In this document: piece by piece, positions 57,951 through 64,000 of the stretch
Layout: each line of letters begins with the position of its first letter
How positions within the stretch are numbered: position 1 is the stretch's first letter
Origin: Candidatus Bathyarchaeota archaeon
GTDB taxonomy: Archaea; Thermoproteota; Bathyarchaeia; Bathyarchaeales; Bathycorpusculaceae
Direction of reading: 5' to 3'
DNA: 64,000 nt
Assembly (NCBI GenBank): GCA_963833575.1
Contig: CAWHXY010000006.1
Coordinates: 256,001-320,000, forward strand
Translations under genes and position numbers: made by a program
Notes under the pieces: generated by a model
Database searches by the model: none
What the model saw: the letters and a program-made list of their open reading frames with translations, nothing else
Told to the model about the DNA's origin: nothing

Positions 57951-58580
57951 CTGGCTAAAAAAGAAACTCCCAAGACCGTTTACTGGCTAGAAAACAAGCT
58001 TTATCTAAACATAACTAACAAATGCTCAAGCTGCTGTTTTTTCTGCCTCAGAAATTTTAAAAGCGGAGTCGGCGGCTTCAACCTTAAACTCTCTGAGGAG
58101 CCAAGCCTTTCTCAGATTACAGGTGAACTTAGCGAAGTTTTTAACATGCGAAATTGGGTTGAAGTGGTTTTTTGCGGTTTTGGCGAACCGACCGAGAGAT
58201 TGGATGTATTGTTGGAGCTTACAAGGTGGGTAAGGCAGCATTATGGCGAACCAATTACAATTCGCGTGAACACAAATGGACATGGCTACGTTCTTAACCA
58301 GGGCAGGAATGTAGCTGCTGAATTGAAAGTAGCTGGCGTTGACAAAGTAAGCGTAAGCCTAAATGCTGCGGAAAAAGAAACTTACGCGGAGATTTGCAAG
58401 CCAACTTTCGATGGCGCTTATGAAGCTGTCACTGATTTTATGAGAAAAGCTAAGCTTGTGCTTGAAGTTGAGGCTAGTGCGGTTCGGATGCCGGAGGTAG
58501 ATATAGCAAAGGTGCAGGCTGTTGCTGATGGGTTAGGGGTCAAGTTTAGAGTTAGAGAGTACATCCCTTGCTTTTACTGA
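57951..58580 (+). CDS. TatD-associated radical SAM protein (non-canonical start)
   Basis: The frame upstream of the track ATG encodes LYLNITNKCSSCCFFCLR (CxxxCxxC), followed by EVVFCGFGEP, RVNTNG and VSVSLNA. The only plausible starts are CTG 57951 or ATA 57942 (in-frame TGA at 57906). Confidence 0.85.
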   Translation: MAKKETPKTVYWLENKLYLNITNKCSSCCFFCLRNFKSGVGGFNLKLSEEPSLSQITGELSEVFNMRNWVEVVFCGFGEPTERLDVLLELTRWVRQHYGEPITIRVNTNGHGYVLNQGRNVAAELKVAGVDKVSVSLNAAEKETYAEICKPTFDGAYEAVTDFMRKAKLVLEVEASAVRMPEVDIAKVQAVADGLGVKFRVREYIPCFY

Positions 58581-58628
58581 CCTGAACAACTTAATATTTG
58601 GCAATGTTTTTGTTTTATTTAGGTTACA

Positions 58629-60593
58629 ATGACTTCTGATGAGGATAAATTCTGCGTAGAAAAGCCAGAGGAAAAAGAGCCAAAAGAAAATGAAAATAAA
58701 CGTGTAATGATTTTCTTCGCAGTTTTACTTGGCATAACAGTTCTGATAGGCGGGTTACTAGATTACCTATTTGCGGGAGTCACTCTTGGCTTTAACTTGC
58801 CACTCATCAATGTTCAAGCGACGTTAAGCGACTTATTGTATTATGTTTCTGTTCTTTTTGTAGCTGGCTACATTGGCATAGTAGGTCTTAAGCAACTAGT
58901 AGTTGAAAGAAGATTTTCTGTAGAGTTTTTGATGGCTGTCGCAGCGCTTGGAGCTCTCTATCTAAATGCACGGTTTGAAGCGGTAACGGTTCTGTTTCTT
59001 TATTCCATCGCTGAGTACTTTGAAGGCTACATTGAAGATAGAGCAAGACGAACTGTTGAGAAGCTCTCGAAATTCATGCCAGACAAAGCAAGAATCACAG
59101 TCGAGGGGGTAGAAAAAATTGTTAATGTTAATAAAGTTGAGCCCAACATGTTTTTACTTGTCCGCGCAGGCGAACGGATACCTTTAGACGGCAACGTTGT
59201 CGAAGGTTTCTCACATGTTGATCAAGCCATTGTCACCGGTGAATCCGTGCCAGTCACCAAAAAAGAAAACGACTGCGTTTACGCCGGTACATTAAACATG
59301 GATGGCCCACTAAAGATAATAGTCACAAAAAAAGCAAGCGAAACTCTCGTCTCACGAATAATGGTTCTTGTAGCACAATCAGGCAAACGAAAAGCCACCA
59401 TAGAAAAACTCGTAGATCGATTCTCAAAAATTTATGTACCAATAGTTATTGCATTAGCAATTTTAACAACAACAGTGCCAACATTGCTCTTTAGCATGCC
59501 TTTCCACACATGGCTCTATCGTTCACTCATTCTCCTCGTGGTTTCATGTCCAAGCGCCTTCATCATATCCGTACCCGCAACAGTCCTCGTCGCCATAACA
59601 ATTGCTGCCAGAAGAGGCGTAATAATCAAAGGCGGAATTTTCGTAGAAAAACTAGCCAAGGTAAAAAGGGTAGTTTTTGATAAGACAGGCACATTAACGT
59701 TGGGTAGACCATCAGTTCATGAAATAAGGCTTGTAAATAGAACTGAAGATGAAGCAGTGGCTTACGCCGCAGCACTGGATCAGTTTTCAAATCACCCCGT
59801 AGCTCAAGCCGTCGTTAGACGGGCCACAGAAAGAGGCATTGACTTAAGCAAATACAAAGTTACCGATGTCGTCGAGGTTTCCGGTAAAGGCATTGTTGGC
59901 AATGTCAACGGTGAATTTGTGGCAGTTGGAAACTTGGAGTTAATGAAGGAATTTGACTGCAACTGCACAGAAGCATTTTCCATCGACCAAAAGGATACGC
60001 ACACCTCGATTTGCGTTTCTGTTGCAAAAGAAGGATTAGCAGCAGTTTGCGTTGTAGATCAAGTTAGACTGGATGCGCTCAAAGCGGTAAGTGACTTAAA
60101 GAAAAACGGCATAAAAACCGCCATGTTAACTGGTGACAGAGCCTCAATTGCGAAGGAAACTGGAGATATCTTAAAGATTGATGAGGTTTACGCGGAACTG
60201 TTTCCTGAGGACAAACTGAAATGCATAGAAGAGATGAAGGGCAAAGACGGGCTTGTCGCAATGGTTGGGGACGGCGTTAATGACGCGCCTGCACTTGCAG
60301 CGTCAGACGTCGGAATTGCCATGGGTGCAGCGGGAGTTGACGTTGCAATGGAATCTGCAGACATCATTTTGGTCAAAGATGAGCTGGCACAAATACCCTA
60401 CCTGATAAAATTAAGCGATAAAACCATGAAAATTGCCAAACAAAACATTGCCGCATCACTGGTCATAAAACTAATTCTAGGCGCACTAGGCGTTATTGGC
60501 GTAACAGGTTTGCTCGCTACTGTGATCGCGGGAGACGATGGAGTTACGATGCTACTTTTACTGAATTCTCTGCGGTTGGAAAGAATAAAATAA
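58629..60593 (+). CDS. P1B-type heavy-metal translocating ATPase
   Basis: TGES, SCPS, DKTGTLT, HP, TGD and GDGVNDAPALA. No N-terminal HMA domain. Confidence 0.93.
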   Translation: MTSDEDKFCVEKPEEKEPKENENKRVMIFFAVLLGITVLIGGLLDYLFAGVTLGFNLPLINVQATLSDLLYYVSVLFVAGYIGIVGLKQLVVERRFSVEFLMAVAALGALYLNARFEAVTVLFLYSIAEYFEGYIEDRARRTVEKLSKFMPDKARITVEGVEKIVNVNKVEPNMFLLVRAGERIPLDGNVVEGFSHVDQAIVTGESVPVTKKENDCVYAGTLNMDGPLKIIVTKKASETLVSRIMVLVAQSGKRKATIEKLVDRFSKIYVPIVIALAILTTTVPTLLFSMPFHTWLYRSLILLVVSCPSAFIISVPATVLVAITIAARRGVIIKGGIFVEKLAKVKRVVFDKTGTLTLGRPSVHEIRLVNRTEDEAVAYAAALDQFSNHPVAQAVVRRATERGIDLSKYKVTDVVEVSGKGIVGNVNGEFVAVGNLELMKEFDCNCTEAFSIDQKDTHTSICVSVAKEGLAAVCVVDQVRLDALKAVSDLKKNGIKTAMLTGDRASIAKETGDILKIDEVYAELFPEDKLKCIEEMKGKDGLVAMVGDGVNDAPALAASDVGIAMGAAGVDVAMESADIILVKDELAQIPYLIKLSDKTMKIAKQNIAASLVIKLILGALGVIGVTGLLATVIAGDDGVTMLLLLNSLRLERIK

Positions 60594-60705
60594 TTTTTTA
60601 AAGTAAATTGCTTGTGTGGCTGTTTAAAGGTCTTAACGGTTTTGATTAGCCAATGAGGTATAATGTTATGAAATATTAATTAACACTAAAATATGACTTA
60701 ACTTC

Positions 60706-61203
60706 ATGCCGAAGACACCCAAGACTCAGCCAAAAAAACAGCTGAAGACAAAGGCGAAACAAAAGTTTCAGCCTAAACCTGCCAGTATTACGTCACGGAA
60801 ATCTTACTGGATAGCGTTGACGTTAACAATGGTTGTTTTCAGTATATTTAGCGGATATACAAACAAGATGGCGGTGGGGGCAATAGGGCTTTTAATAGGC
60901 AGCGTTCTAGCGCTGATAGGCTTTGCATTCTACCTCAATTTCTATCCATCCACCTTGAAGGCCACTCAAAGAGCACTATACCTATTTGTCGGCGCATCCA
61001 TCATCGGCTTCAGCATCTGGGCAGTCATTGTGCTTCTATTAAACGCGACCTCGCTTATGCCGCACATAGTAACTGATGTAGGTAACAGCTTTTTTGCTAT
61101 AACAAGCCTAATAATTTGCTTGATTGTAGGAGCATTCATCGGCGACTTGATAGGCAAAAACAAAGAAAGGCTGTTTTCGTTTACTAATAAATTCAGAAGC
61201 TAA
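60706..61203 (+). CDS. Hypothetical membrane protein
   Basis: Basic N-terminus and four TM helices. Confidence 0.7.
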   Translation: MPKTPKTQPKKQLKTKAKQKFQPKPASITSRKSYWIALTLTMVVFSIFSGYTNKMAVGAIGLLIGSVLALIGFAFYLNFYPSTLKATQRALYLFVGASIIGFSIWAVIVLLLNATSLMPHIVTDVGNSFFAITSLIICLIVGAFIGDLIGKNKERLFSFTNKFRS

Positions 61204-61321
61204 CAACCTTAATTTGGGAATACGACAATGACAAAGCCGTAATTTTTCCACTTCCCCCAGAAACTTTAAGAGCACAATCAATAAGCATCTTCAATACACA
61301 TTAAGCAAGGACAGATCTGCA

Positions 61322-62200
61322 TTGAAATTTGGAATAATGACGCGTAACATGGAAGCTTGGAGCAGCACTCAAGTTCGGGAAGCCCTAACTAAACGAAGTA
61401 TTCAATACGAATGTTTCACTTTTCCAAAAATCGTCGCACGACTTGCATACAAACCCTACTTCAAAGTTAACGGCACCAGCATCCTAGACGACTTAGACGC
61501 ACTAATTATCCGACCAATTGGACGCGGTTCGCTTGAAGAATTGGTTTTCCGAATGGATATGCTCTACAAGCTTGAACGTCAAGGTTTCTACATGGTGAAT
61601 CCGCCAACGGCGATTGAGCATTGTGTTGACAAATATGATATTTTGGCGCTGCTTGAGGATGTGGGTGTTCCTGTACCACGAACACTAGCCACAGAAAGCG
61701 TAAATGAAGCGCTCAAAGCGTTTTCTGAACTTGGCGGAGATGTGGTTGTTAAACCGATTTTTGGATCCAGAGGTCAAGGAGCAACACGCGTAGTTGATGC
61801 AGACATAGCTGATACAGTGTTTAAGGCCATAACTTTCCATCATGGCGTAATCTACATGCAGGAATTTGTACCTCATGGAAACTCAGACATACGCGCCTTC
61901 GTTATTGGAGATCGAGTGGTAGCATCTATGCGTCGTGTCGCGGATGGCTGGAAAACTAACTACAGCAGAGGAGCAAGACCTGCGCCAACAGAAATCAGCA
62001 AAGAATTTGAAGAATTAGCGGTTAAAGCTGCTAAGGCTGTCGGCTGCAAAGTTGCAGGAGTAGACATTCTTGAAGGACCAAATGGACCACGCATCGTTGA
62101 CGTAAATAGTCAGCCAGGCTGGAAAGGCCTGCAGGTAGTAGCCAAAGTCAACATTGCTGAAGAAATAGTGAACTTTGTGCTCTCTGAAATCAAAAAATAA
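61322..62200 (+). CDS. RimK-family ATP-grasp alpha-L-glutamate ligase (MptN/CofF-like)
   Basis: DKY...PVPRT, VVKPIFGSRGQG, MQEFV, DIRAFV, WKTN, AGVD and DVNSQPGW. Confidence 0.88.
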   Translation: MKFGIMTRNMEAWSSTQVREALTKRSIQYECFTFPKIVARLAYKPYFKVNGTSILDDLDALIIRPIGRGSLEELVFRMDMLYKLERQGFYMVNPPTAIEHCVDKYDILALLEDVGVPVPRTLATESVNEALKAFSELGGDVVVKPIFGSRGQGATRVVDADIADTVFKAITFHHGVIYMQEFVPHGNSDIRAFVIGDRVVASMRRVADGWKTNYSRGARPAPTEISKEFEELAVKAAKAVGCKVAGVDILEGPNGPRIVDVNSQPGWKGLQVVAKVNIAEEIVNFVLSEIKK

Positions 62201-62203
62201 ACA

Positions 62204-63202
62204 TTATTTGCCAGAAAGAATCCTATCGTAAGGGTCGTCCGAAGTCACTGGAAAAGCCCCTTTTTTACCATTTCTAATTAATAAGTGATCTTTATTTTCG
62301 CTAAATTCGCCTATGAAGCTGGGCGAGAGCCCATTTTGACTTAGTGCCTCTGTGATTTTTTCTTTATTTTGAGGGTCAATTGCTGCGATAATTGTTCCAG
62401 TTGATGATGTAGCCAGTAGTTGCTCATCAGTTAACTTAAAATGACTTTGTAAGGCCAACAATTCTTTACATATAGGTATGTTTTCCCAATTTATCTTAAA
62501 ACCAAGTTTTGAGGCTTCAGCCAATTCATTTAAGGCTGCTACAAATCCGCCTTCAGTAGCGTCGTGCATGGCGTGAACGACGCCGGTTTTCGCAAGGGCC
62601 TGTGCTTCTCGAACGCAGCTTTGCATGTAAACTTGCTTAGAAAAGTTTTCTTGTTGCTCAACCCCAAAAATTTTTTTTGCTAATTCTTTGTTGGCTATTG
62701 AGAAATTCGTGATTGTTTCCATGCCTAGCGGTTTAGTGCATAAGATCAAGTCGCCTGGCTTAGCGTTTGTTGGCGTAATTAGTTTTTCCAGTTGAATCGC
62801 CCCGTAAATTGTGGCGACACCAAGCAAGCCCGAAATGCTGCTATACGTGCCTGTATGCCCTCGAACGATGGCTATGTCCAATTCATCTGCTGCCTTGCAA
62901 ATTTGATTCATAATTTTTTGGAAGATTTCTGGTTTAGTTGATTTTGGTCCTAGCAGGTTGATAGTGCAGAATTCAGGTTTGGCTCCTGAAAGAGCGATAT
63001 CTGAGGCTGCGTAATTGATTAATAGCCATCCAAACCATGCTTCAGGAACGCCAGTACACGGGTCAGTGGCAACTACTATGTATTTGCCGTCAAAGAGGTG
63101 AACACCTGAATCGTAACCAACCATGGGTGGAACTATGACGCGTGAATCTTTCTTTACGCAACTTAACAGAGATTTGAGTTCTTCAGGTAGCAGTTTTCCC
63201 AT
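62204..63202 (-). CDS. AIR synthase-related (ThiL/HypE/PurM fold) protein
   Basis: GYDSG, ATDP, SDIALSGA, RGHT, AKPGDLI and AMHDATEGG. Confidence 0.85.
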   Translation of the reverse strand: MGKLLPEELKSLLSCVKKDSRVIVPPMVGYDSGVHLFDGKYIVVATDPCTGVPEAWFGWLLINYAASDIALSGAKPEFCTINLLGPKSTKPEIFQKIMNQICKAADELDIAIVRGHTGTYSSISGLLGVATIYGAIQLEKLITPTNAKPGDLILCTKPLGMETITNFSIANKELAKKIFGVEQQENFSKQVYMQSCVREAQALAKTGVVHAMHDATEGGFVAALNELAEASKLGFKINWENIPICKELLALQSHFKLTDEQLLATSSTGTIIAAIDPQNKEKITEALSQNGLSPSFIGEFSENKDHLLIRNGKKGAFPVTSDDPYDRILSGK

Positions 63203-63214
63203 GCTTATTCAACT

Positions 63215-63772
63215 TTAAAGGTAAATGTTAAGTGTCTTGCTTCTCTGCAGCAATGCAATCACGATTGCACAAATTATGATGCTTGGCACCATATAGGTTG
63301 CGTTGTATATTGCTGAGTAAAGGACTGGGCTCATGCCGGCTGGTGCATATTGGGGAAAATAGATGACTCCTGAAACGAAATGAGATAGGAAACGGCCTGT
63401 CCCTCCAACAACGACGCCGACAATTGAGCCAACGGCGCCAAGGCTTCTGAAGAATCCAGCAAGTCCAACGCAGGCAAATGCCAGGGGGTAATCAAGGATG
63501 AATTGAGCAGGATTAACAACGAAAGGCTCGATTGCAAGGTCAACTACGCCAAGCACGATTCCTGCAAATATACCGATTTTAGGTCCCCGCCTTAACGCAA
63601 GCCAAAAGATAGGCACCATTCCAAGGTTAATGGATCCACCTTGTGGAAGACCAAAGAAGGAGTGACTAATTAGAGCCAATGCCCCTGCCATAGCGACAAA
63701 TATTATTATTTCTGCTAGTATCTTGGTTGGAAAAATATTATTGTTTTCAGTTTCTATATTAGGTTGTTTCAC
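63215..63772 (-). CDS. thiT: ECF-type thiamine transporter S component
   Basis: PQGGSI.LGMVPI...RRG, QFILDYPLAF, RFLSHFVSGVIYF and YSAIYN. GTG start at 63772, 8 nt after GGAGG; TPP aptamer upstream. Confidence 0.9.
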   Translation of the reverse strand: MKQPNIETENNNIFPTKILAEIIIFVAMAGALALISHSFFGLPQGGSINLGMVPIFWLALRRGPKIGIFAGIVLGVVDLAIEPFVVNPAQFILDYPLAFACVGLAGFFRSLGAVGSIVGVVVGGTGRFLSHFVSGVIYFPQYAPAGMSPVLYSAIYNATYMVPSIIICAIVIALLQRSKTLNIYL

Positions 63773-63777
63773 GTTTT

Positions 63778-63865
63778 TTCCCTCCGCCAGTATTACCTGG
63801 TTCAGGTTCATTGGGTCGACAGCACTTAGCTGTCCTCTCAGCCGGGTCTTTCCCAGCTCCCCGAA
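63778..63865 (-). ncRNA. TPP (THI-box) riboswitch
   Basis: The minus strand reads TTCGGGGAGCTGGGAAAGACCCGGCTGAGAGGACAGCTAAGTGCTGTCGACCCAATGAACCTGAACCAGGTAATACTGGCGGAGGGAA. It has the conserved GGGG, GCTGAGA, ACCC, ACCTGA, GTAAT and GCG.AGGGAA, with pairable P2-P5. Confidence 0.93.
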
Positions 63866-64000
63866 TTACCTTAATAAAATACAACGTGGAAGTTGTTTTA
63901 TTTTAGGGTTGCGAAAGACTTGCACTTAGCAAGGTTCGTTAGTTAGGTTTGTAGAAGTTAAAATTTTTTGTTAAGAGAAGAAGAAACTCAAAGGAAGCAA

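Noticed and set aside
63773-63811. Track's N-terminal extension of ThiT
   Set aside because: It runs through the TPP aptamer; GTG 63772 with an SD is preferred.
2944-63929. Numerous 60-220 aa antisense or alternate-frame ORFs nested in long genes (e.g. 8080-8481, 20657-21163, 45700-46356)
   Set aside because: These are shadow ORFs opposite or inside well-supported conserved genes, with no independent motifs.

Overview
Archaeal chromosomal window, most likely from a Bathyarchaeia-like (TACK) genome. This is inferred from the unsplit RNAP largest subunit, unsplit RpoB, archaeal NusA/L30e, PEF-type sorting signals and membrane-anchored wHTH proteins. It opens with a probable SMC kleisin/KITE gene pair and the RNA polymerase operon (rpoB-rpoA'A''-L30e-nusA), which lacks its usual flanking rpoH and rps12/rps7. 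A compact three-gene module at 11.3-13.0 kb follows: a helically phased array of ten GTAN boxes (six perfect GTAC) directly in front of a tandem AbrB/MraZ-like DNA-binding gene, converging on a minimal PD-(D/E)xK nuclease and a beta-class N4-cytosine methyltransferase that resembles, from recall, GTAC-specific enzymes. This is the best candidate for an undescribed, possibly methylation-sensing, system. Other highlights are a tRNA-Leu(CAA) with two BHB introns plus a downstream att-like copy of its 3' half, a TPP riboswitch that sequesters the SD of thiT, three Cys/His-rich microproteins missed by the ORF track (one a textbook C2H2 finger), several genes that need CTG/ATA starts, and several phased operator-like repeats. 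The rest is accessory and metabolic: peptidase, radical SAM enzymes, ABC transporters (Drr-type, Opp), AOR-ferredoxin-MoaD, P1B ATPase and a RimK-family ligase. All family assignments come from motif recognition by eye; no searches were run.
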